A stretch of 32,000 nt of DNA from Desulfocapsa sulfexigens DSM 10523 (GCF_000341395.1 NC_020304.1:3330001-3362000), one strand, 5' to 3'. Shown: positions 19,805-28,847, counted from the first letter of the stretch. Numbers and translations: made by a program. Notes: generated by a model not told the origin, from the sequence alone.

Positions 19805-21262
19805 TCAGTTCTGCTCAATCATCATCACTGGCTGGTTGTATCCTTTTGTTTCCGAGAAATCCACATCATCCGTCAGGGTGTTTTTAAGTTTTGCATCTGT
19901 CAGATCTGCGTCTTTTAAAATTGCTCTATATAAATCGGCTTTTGACAGATCGGCACCACTGAGGTCGGCACCACTGAAGTTCGCCCCCTTCAGATTCGCT
20001 CCTTCGAGGTCAACCCCCTTAAGAATAGCATTGCTGAAGTTTGCCCCCTCCAGATCTGCACCATCAAGGTTTTCGCCACTAAGATCAACACCTGAAAGCT
20101 CACAGGCATAGCAGCTGTTTTGATCAAGAAGCGTTGCAACGTTTTTCATGACTTCACCTGAAGGTTCTTCCTTTGAAAACACACTAAGCACTGTTTCTAC
20201 AATACCGACTTCCTGCCCCTCGGAAACCACTCCTTCATCACTATTCACTTTTTCATTCTTATTATTCTCAGAAACAGCATCAGAGGAAGGAGATGTCACC
20301 ATATCACCTCCTTTCTCAGGTTCCATATCAACAACCGGAGTAGCAATGCTATTATCCTCCGAAATTTTTTCTTTTTCACTTACTGACACAGATGGAGAAG
20401 CATCTCCCTGAATGACATCCTGCTGGACCTCTTCGGTAAAAGCATTTTCAATCTTTTTTTCTTCTTCTACAGCATCACTTTCAGTAAGACCTTTTTCTTC
20501 TTTTATTTCTTGTTCAATTACTTCTTCTGGAACAATTATTACGTCTTCAACCGTCACGTCTTCAATTCGTACTTCCTGAATTGCTGGAGCAGCCTTTGCT
20601 TCCGGAGCTGCTACACTTTGTCTGGGAAGGGTAGCATCCTCATAGGCCAGTGTTATGTCATCTGAAACATCAGGAACATCGGATACATTATCAGAATCAT
20701 TCTGCTCAACACTTATTGGTACAACAGGTGGTGTTTCCTCGAAATCCCTTCTGCTGGGAATGACAATTTCCTCTGTTTCCGGAACGTTCTTTGGTTTCGC
20801 AGTGTCCTCGACATAAACAGTTTCCTTAACATCCTTCAATCCTTTATCACCTGCGTAGGGGCTTGTTTCAATTATTTCACCATCCATTAAAGCACCATAC
20901 ATATATGCCCCTACCATGGATGCCCCAGTCAAATCAGCGCCTCTTAAGTCAATTTCGGCAAGATCCGCACCATTAAATACCGCCTCACGCAAGTCGCAGT
21001 TTTTTAGATTTGCTCCCGAAAGATTAGTTAATGCCATCTGGGCGCGTGACAAATTGGCTCCCTCCAGGTTTGCACCGGAAAGATCGAGTCTATTAAGGTT
21101 GGCACCACTCAAATCACATTGTGGACAACTTCTAGTTTCAAGAAGTTGTTTTTTATTAGCCTGTACAGTTGTGGAGGAAGAAAGCTCTGCGGCAATACCG
21201 GGTACAGAAAATATCGAACACAAAAAGAGAGCCACACAAAAAAATGATTTGAGACCTGACAT
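19805..21262 (-). CDS. Secreted pentapeptide-repeat protein with two repeat blocks separated by an acidic low-complexity linker
   Basis: Signal peptide 'FFCVALFLCSIFSVPGIAA'; block 1 'CPQCDLSGANLNRLDLSGANLEGANLSRAQM...'; long E/V/D/S-rich linker; block 2 'CYACELSGVDLSGENLDGADLEGANFSNAIL...'. Confidence 0.9.
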   Translation of the reverse strand: MSGLKSFFCVALFLCSIFSVPGIAAELSSSTTVQANKKQLLETRSCPQCDLSGANLNRLDLSGANLEGANLSRAQMALTNLSGANLKNCDLREAVFNGADLAEIDLRGADLTGASMVGAYMYGALMDGEIIETSPYAGDKGLKDVKETVYVEDTAKPKNVPETEEIVIPSRRDFEETPPVVPISVEQNDSDNVSDVPDVSDDITLAYEDATLPRQSVAAPEAKAAPAIQEVRIEDVTVEDVIIVPEEVIEQEIKEEKGLTESDAVEEEKKIENAFTEEVQQDVIQGDASPSVSVSEKEKISEDNSIATPVVDMEPEKGGDMVTSPSSDAVSENNKNEKVNSDEGVVSEGQEVGIVETVLSVFSKEEPSGEVMKNVATLLDQNSCYACELSGVDLSGENLDGADLEGANFSNAILKGVDLEGANLKGANFSGADLSGADLSKADLYRAILKDADLTDAKLKNTLTDDVDFSETKGYNQPVMMIEQN

Positions 21263-21600
21263 GAAAACTCCTGGAATAATCTATTAGTAATATGTTGTCT
21301 ATACAAAGAAGAGGATAGTAAAATATAATTTCTCACAGATACATACTCTATTTTCTTAAAAAGAGTCAAGAATCTACTCCTCAACATTTCCAATGAAAGT
21401 TCCCTCTACCGTGAAAATTAGTCCCATCCTAAAGCTTCAAAGACACCACACCACCTAACAGATTAAAGTTTTAGTCCTTATTTTTATAAAGTTTCGGTCA
21501 CAACCCTTATATGAACAGTTACAAGCAAAACCCCAGTATTACTTTTTGATTAAATAAAACTTGACACTACCGGGATTCGCTGTATTTTAGTCGACACTGA

Positions 21601-21625
21601 GTGTTGCAAAAATGTTGCGCAACAC
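21601..21625. promoter_or_regulatory. Operator-like tandem heptamer GTGTTGC-N4-ATGTTGC overlapping palindrome TGTTGCGCAACA, upstream of FeS/cytochrome/NrfD operon
   Basis: GTGTTGCAAAAATGTTGCGCAACAC; first 20 nt match 18/20 with 27763-27782. Confidence 0.6.
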
Positions 21626-21748
21626 AATTGGGCACACAATTTTACAATGTAATATTAAATACTTAAATGTCACATGTTTTTATATGGCCTTTACGCATAT
21701 GAATGAGGCCTCATTTACAATTATAGATTTCCACACAGCTAAACTATC

Positions 21749-21762
21749 GGCTCACGTGAGCC
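21749..21762. promoter_or_regulatory. Perfect 14-bp palindrome GGCTCACGTGAGCC in the 5' leader of the ferredoxin gene
   Basis: GGCTCACGTGAGCC is self-complementary and lies 32 nt upstream of the ATG at 21795. Confidence 0.4.
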
Positions 21763-21794
21763 CATCATGTGTTTCAAGTACTTGGAGGAGTAGA

Positions 21795-22559
21795 ATGGAC
21801 ATTAAGAAATTGGAAAAGGAAACAAACGAGGGTGTCGAGACATTACCCTCGGATGAACGTCGTAACTTCCTGAAAATGGGTCTGGCGGTCACCGGAGTTT
21901 TCCTCGGTGGAACCGTACTTTCCCTCACCTCGGTTTCAACAGCCAAAGGAGGAAACAGTGATTCTGTAATACCGGTGGATGGACAATATCCCTACACTAA
22001 ACATTATGGAATGATTATGCGGCAAAACAAATGTGTTGGCTGCGAGAAATGCCTTGATGCATGCAGGGAGACCAACCATGTCCCCAATGAACACGATGCC
22101 TGGCGTACTGACATCCAGGAACGTCTTACTACCATAGATGGTGTTGAGAAACGAGAATTCAGGCCGATCCTCTGCAACCACTGCAATCGCCCCCCCTGCG
22201 TCCGTGTCTGTCCGACCAGAGCAACATACAAAGATCCAGAAACAGGTATTGTTGTGATGGACTACAAAAAATGTATCGGTTGCAAAACCTGTATGGCTGC
22301 CTGTCCATACAATGCCAGATACTTCAGTCATGAGAAGTATGCGATAGACAAGTGCAATTTCTGTCTTGACACCCGCCTTGCTGAAGGCCACAAAGAAACG
22401 GCATGTGCTGCTGCATGTCCTGCAGATGTACGTATTTTCGGTGACATAAAGGACCAAAATACTGAAATATATAAGTTACTGCATGAGCCTGAAAATAAAA
22501 TCTGGGTTATACGACCAGAATGCGGGGCCTTACCTAACGTTTTTTATATGAATGCGTAG
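21795..22559 (+). CDS. Tat-signal-bearing 4Fe-4S ferredoxin subunit (NrfC/DmsB/QrcC-type)
   Basis: Tat-like 'DERRNFLKMGLAVTGVFLGGTVLSLTSVS'; clusters 'CVGCEKCLDACRETNH', 'CNHCNRPPCVRVCP', 'CIGCKTCMAACPYNARYF', 'CNFCLDTRLAEGHKETACAAACP'. Strong RBS (GGAGG) before ATG 21795; the track ORF starting at 21612 is extended upstream. Confidence 0.92.
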   Translation: MDIKKLEKETNEGVETLPSDERRNFLKMGLAVTGVFLGGTVLSLTSVSTAKGGNSDSVIPVDGQYPYTKHYGMIMRQNKCVGCEKCLDACRETNHVPNEHDAWRTDIQERLTTIDGVEKREFRPILCNHCNRPPCVRVCPTRATYKDPETGIVVMDYKKCIGCKTCMAACPYNARYFSHEKYAIDKCNFCLDTRLAEGHKETACAAACPADVRIFGDIKDQNTEIYKLLHEPENKIWVIRPECGALPNVFYMNA

Positions 22560-22664
22560 GTACCTTACGGCCCAAACAGTCCACTCTCCCATTGAAAATA
22601 GAAACACATTATCATTGTGGGATACTTAACGCATACAACTCAGATTCTAGGAGATTATAACCAA

Positions 22665-23354
22665 ATGAATACACGATTTATTAGCACCGTTGGACTAACT
22701 TTACTGGGTGGAGTTTTCATACTCGCCGGTAATGTTACAGCTGCAGATGAGTATGATGTAAGGGCCTTTGGCCCTAAAAATCCCATCGTCTGGGACACGC
22801 CAACAAAAGTTGTTTTTGACCACCGCACCCATACAGATACGATTGGCCTCGAATGTAGTGCCTGCCATGGTGAAATCTTTGCCATGCAGCGTGGCGTAGC
22901 CCCAAGAACAGGAAAACTGACCATGGCATCACTTGCCGCAGGTCAATTCTGTGGAGCTTGTCATGATGGAGATACCGCATTTGCCACTGATACAAACTGT
23001 ACCGCATGCCATATTCTTCCAGAGGATCCTATCGTCTGGACCAAACCTGTTAAAGCGGTAGTCTTTTATCACAAAGCTCATATAGAAGATTTTGGACTTG
23101 AGTGCGATTCCTGCCATGACGACGCCTTTTCCATGAAAGCTGGTGTCGCAGAGCAATCTCCAAATTTCACAATGAAATCACTCTATGAAGGTCAATACTG
23201 TGGCAAATGTCATGACGGTGAAACAGCCTTTGCCTCAAACACCCTCTGTAACACCTGTCACATTGGAGTTAAAGGGTATGACCGACTGATGGGGATAGAG
23301 CCACATCCTCATACCCAGAGTCATGCGCACGAGAATCAAAATGGTGGTCATTAA
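22665..23354 (+). CDS. Six-heme periplasmic cytochrome c (cytochrome c7/c3-like, duplicated three-heme module)
   Basis: Signal peptide 'FISTVGLTLLGGVFILAGNVTAA'; six CXXCH motifs CSACH, CGACH, CTACH, CDSCH, CGKCH, CNTCH in two homologous halves. Confidence 0.92.
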   Translation: MNTRFISTVGLTLLGGVFILAGNVTAADEYDVRAFGPKNPIVWDTPTKVVFDHRTHTDTIGLECSACHGEIFAMQRGVAPRTGKLTMASLAAGQFCGACHDGDTAFATDTNCTACHILPEDPIVWTKPVKAVVFYHKAHIEDFGLECDSCHDDAFSMKAGVAEQSPNFTMKSLYEGQYCGKCHDGETAFASNTLCNTCHIGVKGYDRLMGIEPHPHTQSHAHENQNGGH

Positions 23355-23453
23355 TTGTATCAGTTTGTTTTCACCAGTTAATGACAGACAACAAAATAAT
23401 ATTTGAAATGCTCAGGCACAGTTCCTGATAAAACAGTATTGCAGGAGATTAAA

Positions 23454-24647
23454 ATGGCGAACAGTTCAGTGACAGATATTTTTGCCCAGACGCAGGATAC
23501 CCGTCTGGCGACTCCCGGGATAAACCGGGCTACGATTTTCTTTCTTATCATTATCGTACTTGGCCTTGGATGCGGTGTTTCATCCTTTATTTTTGGTCAT
23601 GAAAATATGTACAATTACACCCGTGACGTTCCATGGGGGTTGTTGATTTCAACCTATGCCTTCTGGGCAATCACTTCTACCGGTCTCTGTATATATGCTG
23701 CGATTTCCCATCTTTTTGGCGGAACCCGTATGGCTATCGTCAGCAATAGAATGGTATGGATGTCCATTATCTGTATCCTCGGTGCCTTTGCCACCATTGG
23801 TGTTGAAATCGCCAGTCCTCACAGAATGATTATCTATAATATTCTCTCCCCCAACCCAACTTCAAATATCTGGTGGATGGGAACACTCTACGGTATGGCA
23901 GTCGGTTGCATGATAGTAGAATTCTTTGGAATCGTGACGGGCCTTGCACGTATTGCCGTAATTCTTGGTACCATCGGTGCTGTGGCCGAGGTCCTTGCCA
24001 ATAGTTGTCTTGGTGGTGTATTTGCAACCCTTCCTGCCAGGCCTTACTGGTATGGCGGTCAACTTCCCATCTATTTCCTCACCGCTGCATTCCTTTCAGG
24101 CGCAGCAGCCACCGTCCTCTTTAACCATCTGGCTTACAAGGTTCGAGGTATAGAAATGAGTGAAGCTGTTAAAGACGGAGTGCGGAGTGCCGGTAAAGCT
24201 ATGACTCTTGTACTGGTACTTTATTCAGTTGCCACATTCTGGAGATTGATAAGTTACTATGTTGGCGGTGCAGAACTTGGTCGTATTGCAGCGGATGCGT
24301 TAATTTCTGGCCCACTTTCAATTAACTTCTGGGTTATTGAGGTTTGTGTAGGACTCCTTATCCCTCTGATGCTCATCATCCTTTCCAGACTCACCAATAT
24401 CGGAATGATGGCCCTGGCTGGTTTTCTTATTCTCGTAGGACAATTTGTGGCTCGCTATGACCTTGTTGCAGGCGGTCTTCTTGTTCCTGGTACCCTTGGC
24501 TGGGACAATGTTCCAACCTATTTTGACTACGTTCCTTCATTTTTCGAAATGGCTGTCGTTCTGGGAAGTGTTGGAGTAGTCTCTTTTGGATTCCTGATGG
24601 GTGAGAGAGTTTTTGGTAAGATTTTTGACCAGAAAGAACATCACTGA
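23454..24647 (+). CDS. NrfD/PsrC-family integral membrane quinone-interacting subunit
   Basis: Multi-TM protein: 'NYTRDVPWGLLISTYAFWAITSTGLCIYAAISHLFG...LSPNPTSNIWWMGTLYGMAVGCMIVEFF...'. RBS before ATG 23454. Confidence 0.88.
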   Translation: MANSSVTDIFAQTQDTRLATPGINRATIFFLIIIVLGLGCGVSSFIFGHENMYNYTRDVPWGLLISTYAFWAITSTGLCIYAAISHLFGGTRMAIVSNRMVWMSIICILGAFATIGVEIASPHRMIIYNILSPNPTSNIWWMGTLYGMAVGCMIVEFFGIVTGLARIAVILGTIGAVAEVLANSCLGGVFATLPARPYWYGGQLPIYFLTAAFLSGAAATVLFNHLAYKVRGIEMSEAVKDGVRSAGKAMTLVLVLYSVATFWRLISYYVGGAELGRIAADALISGPLSINFWVIEVCVGLLIPLMLIILSRLTNIGMMALAGFLILVGQFVARYDLVAGGLLVPGTLGWDNVPTYFDYVPSFFEMAVVLGSVGVVSFGFLMGERVFGKIFDQKEHH

Positions 24648-24667
24648 TAGGCTTGGTTATAGACAAT

Positions 24668-24700
24668 AAAAAGGCTGCTCATGTTGTGAGTGGCCTTTTT
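24668..24700. terminator. Rho-independent terminator after the NrfD gene
   Basis: AAAAAGGC-tg-CTCA-tgttg-TGAG-tg-GCCTTTTT. Confidence 0.75.
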
Positions 24701-24784
24701 ACTTTGTCTTCCCCATAGTTAAAGGCTCCTTCCAAAGAGTTTCCAGCTTTTCAGCATTCCTCCTATTACCTGCTTCTGGTTAAT

Positions 24785-25936
24785 ATGACAAAAAACACTC
24801 CCAAAAAAAAACTGTCCTCCCCTGTTGAACAAAACGGTACATCCTTAGATTCACATATTGCAGGCGGTGGTAATGAACTGTTTCAGGCCATTCAGGATCC
24901 TGTTTTTATTGTCACTCCAGACGGTGTAATAATCGATGCAAATAATGCCGCTCTCAAGGCTGCACGAAAAACCCAAAAAGAAATTGTTGGTAAGGGAATC
25001 TGTACTATTATCCACGGAGGAAGCTTACCTCATATCAAATGCCCCCTTGAGGAGTTCCTCTTAACCACATCCACTTCTCGTGTTGAAGAAACCACCCTTC
25101 CAGGACTTGCAGGAGAGTACCTGCTCACTATTTCACCAATCAAAAACAAAAACGGCACTGTCTGTAAAATACTACTTGTTGCAAGGGAATTGACCAGTGA
25201 CGAAATGAGAAAAGCCGATTCCCTGCGAACTGCACAGATGGCAGCTATCGGCGAACTGGCAGCAGGAGTTGCCCATGAGGTGAACAACCCTATTACCGGA
25301 ATTATCAACTTTGCCCAATTGCTACTTGATGATAGTGAAAAGAATTCACTGCAGGCTGAGCTTCTGGAAAGAATTGTCAACGAAGGGGAGCGAATTGCCT
25401 TGATCATCAAGAACCTTCTCTCATTCGCCCGCGAAAGCGAAAACAACAACGAACTGATTGACATTGAACAGGTCATACGAGACAGCCTTTCACTTGTTGC
25501 ACATCAATTTAAGAAAGATGGTATTAAAATAAAAACAGAATTTTCTTCAAAAGCCTATCGAATTTATGGAAACTTCACTCAATTACAACAGGTAATCCTG
25601 AACTTACTCAGCAATGCCCGTTTTTCCCTCAACGATCGATATCCAAATTCCTCCCCAGAAAAAACCATAGAGATAAGCTGCTACCCTTTTCTAAAAAAAG
25701 AAGGAGAAACTGTTACTCAAATCACAATCAAAGATTCAGGAACCGGTATCCCGCAGGGAATTTTGAATCGCATCTTTGACCCATTCTTCACCACCAAACC
25801 ATCTGGTAAAGGTACTGGACTCGGTCTCAGCATCAGTTATGGAATCATTCAAAATCACGGTGGCTTTATCAAAGTTGATTCAATTATGCATCAATACACA
25901 AAAATGATCATCGAACTGCCCACATCTGGAATCTAA
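24785..25936 (+). CDS. PAS-domain sensor histidine kinase
   Basis: PAS '[27 protein letters not shown]'; HisKA '[28 protein letters not shown]'; HATPase '[15 protein letters not shown]...[43 protein letters not shown]'. Confidence 0.94.
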   Translation: MTKNTPKKKLSSPVEQNGTSLDSHIAGGGNELFQAIQDPVFIVTPDGVIIDANNAALKAARKTQKEIVGKGICTIIHGGSLPHIKCPLEEFLLTTSTSRVEETTLPGLAGEYLLTISPIKNKNGTVCKILLVARELTSDEMRKADSLRTAQMAAIGELAAGVAHEVNNPITGIINFAQLLLDDSEKNSLQAELLERIVNEGERIALIIKNLLSFARESENNNELIDIEQVIRDSLSLVAHQFKKDGIKIKTEFSSKAYRIYGNFTQLQQVILNLLSNARFSLNDRYPNSSPEKTIEISCYPFLKKEGETVTQITIKDSGTGIPQGILNRIFDPFFTTKPSGKGTGLGLSISYGIIQNHGGFIKVDSIMHQYTKMIIELPTSGI

Positions 25937-27763
25937 ATGGACGATCAAACTCATCAGGAAAAAGATACTCGCATTCTTATTGTGGATGATGAAGCCAGTA
26001 TTCGTCTCACCTTTGAAATGTTTCTTGCAAGAGAAGGCTACGGACCCATCACCACTGCTGCCACTTTCTCCGAAGCAATTGAGGTGATAAACAGCAACAC
26101 ATTTGACCTGATAATCAGCGATATTGTTCTTGAAGGTGAACGGGGAACTGACCTTCTTCGTAAAATTCGTGAGGCAGGAATCGAATGCCCTGTGGTAATG
26201 GTCACCGGATTCCCTAATCTTGATTCCGCAGCAGAGGCTGTCAGACACGGAGCTTTTGATTATATTTCAAAACCAGTCAACAAAGAAACATTACTCAGAT
26301 TTGTACGTCAGGCTTTAAGCCATTGGCAACTCGAACAGGAGAAAAAGAATCTCCTTCAGGAAAATGAAAAATTCAAACGCTACCTGGAAGCAATTTTCAG
26401 TTCCGTTCGCGATGCAATCATTACTATAGATAATGATATGAATATCGTGCAGTTGAATGATACGGCCAAGCGATGGCTGCTTTTCAGTGATTCTGCTGAC
26501 GACATCAATTTAAGGACTAGCAATCGCCTCGACAGTTATAAGAATGAAATGGGCAAAGCCTGCCTTCAGGACGCCAAACAGGTACTAGCAAATAAAATAG
26601 AAGTCCGTGAACACCAGGTCGAGTGTCGCAAACCCGATGGCAACATACGAATCATAAGTTTAAATGCAGCCCCGCTTGAAGATGGGCAGGATGAGTTTAA
26701 CGGTGTTGTTATCGTAGCTCGTGATATCACTCTACCGGAACCAGAGACGGGACCTCATACTCGAAATAAATTCCATGGATATGTTGGTTCAAGTCAGGTA
26801 ATGCAACAGGTATACAATCTTATTGAAAATGTGGGTAAAGTTGATACTGCAGTGCTGATAACTGGAGAATCGGGTACTGGAAAAGAGCTTGCTGCAGAAG
26901 CTTTGCATGCTGAAAGTACCAGGCGCGACATGCCACTTGTCAAAGTTGATTGTGCAGCAATGCCTGAGGAGCTACTGGAAAGCGAACTTTTTGGTCATAT
27001 TAAAGGAGCCTTCACTGGCGCAGAAAAAAATCGAGAAGGGAGATTGTTACAGGCACACAATGGAACACTTTTTCTTGATGAAATTGGTGACGTATCGCCA
27101 CGGATGCAATTACGGCTCCTGAGATTTCTTCAAGAAAAAACTTTTACTCCAGTTGGCCAGGATAATCCCATTGAAGTTGATGTTCGTATCATTGCGGCTA
27201 CCAATGTTAATTTCACAGAAAAAGTAAAGGATGGCAGTTTTCGTGAAGATTTATACTACCGCCTAAAAGTTGTTGAGATTAAACTACCACCGCTTCGAGA
27301 CAGAAAAGGTGGTATCCCAATACTTGTGCACCACTTTCTTTCCATGTTTCGTGAAAAACTGAAGCGCAATATCCATGGAATATCCGATCAAGCCATGGAC
27401 GCATTAACTAAATATTCCTGGCCTGGAAATGTCAGAGAGCTCAGACATGTTATTGAGAGAGCTTGTGTCTTATGTGAAGGTCCAACAATTTCCCTTGAAC
27501 ACTTTGCAGAAGAAATACAAAGGCAGCCCTTGCATCCCCAACAAACACCTCCCACCTCCCTACCACAGGAAGGAAGAGCTGCACTCCCGCCCTACATAAG
27601 TGAACGCGATGAAATCATAGATATACTCAAGAGAGCACGGGGTAACAAATCAAAAGCCGCACGTATGCTAAATATAGATCGTTCAACTCTCTATCGTAAG
27701 ATGCAACGTATCGGCATTGCCAAAGACATTGCCAAAGCACCTGCCCCTAAAAACACCCCATAG
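25937..27763 (+). CDS. Sigma54-dependent response regulator (REC-PAS-AAA+-Fis HTH)
   Basis: REC 'RILIVDDEASIRLTFEMFLAREGY...LIISDIVLEGERGTDLL'; AAA+ 'VLITGESGTGKELAAEALH', 'ELFGHIKGAFTGAEKNREG', 'GTLFLDEIGD'; HTH 'DEIIDILKRARGNKSKAARMLNIDRSTLYRKMQRIGI'. Confidence 0.96.
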   Translation: MDDQTHQEKDTRILIVDDEASIRLTFEMFLAREGYGPITTAATFSEAIEVINSNTFDLIISDIVLEGERGTDLLRKIREAGIECPVVMVTGFPNLDSAAEAVRHGAFDYISKPVNKETLLRFVRQALSHWQLEQEKKNLLQENEKFKRYLEAIFSSVRDAIITIDNDMNIVQLNDTAKRWLLFSDSADDINLRTSNRLDSYKNEMGKACLQDAKQVLANKIEVREHQVECRKPDGNIRIISLNAAPLEDGQDEFNGVVIVARDITLPEPETGPHTRNKFHGYVGSSQVMQQVYNLIENVGKVDTAVLITGESGTGKELAAEALHAESTRRDMPLVKVDCAAMPEELLESELFGHIKGAFTGAEKNREGRLLQAHNGTLFLDEIGDVSPRMQLRLLRFLQEKTFTPVGQDNPIEVDVRIIAATNVNFTEKVKDGSFREDLYYRLKVVEIKLPPLRDRKGGIPILVHHFLSMFREKLKRNIHGISDQAMDALTKYSWPGNVRELRHVIERACVLCEGPTISLEHFAEEIQRQPLHPQQTPPTSLPQEGRAALPPYISERDEIIDILKRARGNKSKAARMLNIDRSTLYRKMQRIGIAKDIAKAPAPKNTP

Positions 27764-27843
27764 TGTTGCAATAACGTTGCGCGCACGCACGATAGCAACA
27801 CTTTCGCAACACTACCAGCAAAAACGCAACACTCTCGCAACAC
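27763..27843. promoter_or_regulatory. Cluster of three tandem-heptamer sites (GTGTTGC-N4-xxGTTGC type), likely enhancer sites
   Basis: 27763 GTGTTGCAATAACGTTGC (+); 27795 GCAACACTTTCGCAACAC (revcomp GTGTTGCGAAAGTGTTGC); 27826 GCAACACTCTCGCAACAC (revcomp GTGTTGCGAGAGTGTTGC). All have 11-bp internal period. Confidence 0.65.
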
Positions 27844-27964
27844 ACCTGCTCTTTCCCCTGTTCATACAAATCCCCCCTCATGCAACACATCACCCACTCT
27901 AACAAGTAACAAAACCGGGCCTCAAGACTGATCGTTGTTTTATCTGGAGACAAAAAAGCATTCT

Positions 27965-27980
27965 GGCACGCAGCGTGCAT
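27965..27980 (+). promoter_or_regulatory. Sigma54 (-24/-12) promoter for the small membrane protein operon
   Basis: TGGCACGCAGCGTGCA: exact GG-N10-GC spacing, one mismatch to TGGCACG-N4-TTGCA; about 120 bp downstream of the heptamer cluster and 64 nt upstream of the first small ORF. Confidence 0.75.
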
Positions 27981-28043
27981 TGTTAATGTTACAAAGCAAC
28001 TAGATTTAAAAAATCATAAAAAAACCATACAGGGAGAAACAAA

Positions 28044-28250
28044 ATGAAAAACACAACTACTATCACAAGAGAAAGAAGCACAACCAATGAAAACACAGCT
28101 CTTGAACTTAATAAGGTTGGTGTTCACGCTGTAACTATCTCTTCTGCAATTATTGGTTGCTGGGCCGTTGCCTGTCTCGCCTCCGGTGTGATCAGCAGTG
28201 GAGGACCTGCAGGTCTTGTCTCTAACTTCATTTCCGCCTTCACTGGATAA
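28044..28250 (+). CDS. Small single-TM protein, paralog 1
   Basis: MKNTTTITRERSTTNENTALELNKVGVHAVTISSAIIGCWAVACLASGVISSGGPAGLVSNFISAFTG; AGGGAG RBS; strong similarity to the next ORF. Confidence 0.85.
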   Translation: MKNTTTITRERSTTNENTALELNKVGVHAVTISSAIIGCWAVACLASGVISSGGPAGLVSNFISAFTG

Positions 28251-28292
28251 ACGATAGCCACTCATAACAACCATAGCGCCAGGAGCTTAAAA

Positions 28293-28505
28293 ATGAACTC
28301 TTCTCACTCCGCAGAAACAACCAGTACCCAAGCGAAAAGCCAAGCCAATGCTACCAGCGAAATATCAAAAGTAAGTGTTGGGTTTATAGCCCTCACAGCT
28401 ACAATTATCGGCTGCTGGGCAACGGCAAGTCTTTTTGCAGGTACTATAAGTAGTGGCGGACCGATAGGGCTCATACGAAATCTCATTACAGCCATTACTG
28501 GTTAA
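28293..28505 (+). CDS. Small single-TM protein, paralog 2
   Basis: ...SEISKVSVGFIALTATIIGCWATASLFAGTISSGGPIGLIRNLITAITG; shares IIGCWA, ISSGGP-GL and terminal A-TG with paralog 1. Confidence 0.83.
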   Translation: MNSSHSAETTSTQAKSQANATSEISKVSVGFIALTATIIGCWATASLFAGTISSGGPIGLIRNLITAITG

Positions 28506-28550
28506 TATAGGTCTAAATTAAAATTCCTGACACTATAAGAGGATCATCTC

Positions 28551-28775
28551 ATGGAAGACAAAGCAATCACAAAAGAAATCACTAAAACTACTGCTACAGT
28601 TCATGAAATTGAACACACCGATAGCGAATTATATAAAGTTGGCATGTACACAACAGCAGCATTTGCTGCAATTGTCGGAATATGGGGTCTGGTATGCCTT
28701 TCAAGTGCCATCCTTGAGAATGGTGCCCCTGTTGAAATGTTGAAAAATCTGTACCACGCCATTACCGGCGCCTAA
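28551..28775 (+). CDS. Small single-TM protein, paralog 3
   Basis: ...HTDSELYKVGMYTTAAFAAIVGIWGLVCLSSAILENGAPVEMLKNLYHAITGA; preceded by AGAGGA RBS. Confidence 0.83.
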   Translation: MEDKAITKEITKTTATVHEIEHTDSELYKVGMYTTAAFAAIVGIWGLVCLSSAILENGAPVEMLKNLYHAITGA

Positions 28776-28847
28776 TGACCTCTTCAACGAATTTTTTTAA
28801 TAATGTGCAGCAAAACACCTATAAAAATATTATAAAGGAATATCACT

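Noticed and set aside
21613-21640. Sigma54 promoter near 'TTGGGCACACAATTTTACA'
   Set aside because: GG-N10 is followed by TT or TA, not GC; spacing and -12 element do not fit.
21612-21794. N-terminal extension of the ferredoxin ORF in the track
   Set aside because: Covers the operator and palindrome region, has no RBS, and the Tat-like signal would lie far from the N-terminus. ATG 21795 has a GGAGG RBS.
27763-27843. CRISPR-like repeat array
   Set aside because: Repeat unit is only 7 nt with 4-13 nt spacing; fits transcription-factor binding sites, not CRISPR.
27717-27902. ORFs 27717..27902 (+) and 27747..27980 (-) overlapping the heptamer repeats
   Set aside because: They lie over the regulatory repeats and the 3' end of the regulator gene, with no homology signature and composition driven by repeated ACGCAACAC.
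28014-28274. Minus-strand 86-aa ORF opposite paralog 1, and similar antisense ORFs (28304..28495)
   Set aside because: Paralogous conservation, RBS placement and the sigma54 promoter all support the plus-strand frames.
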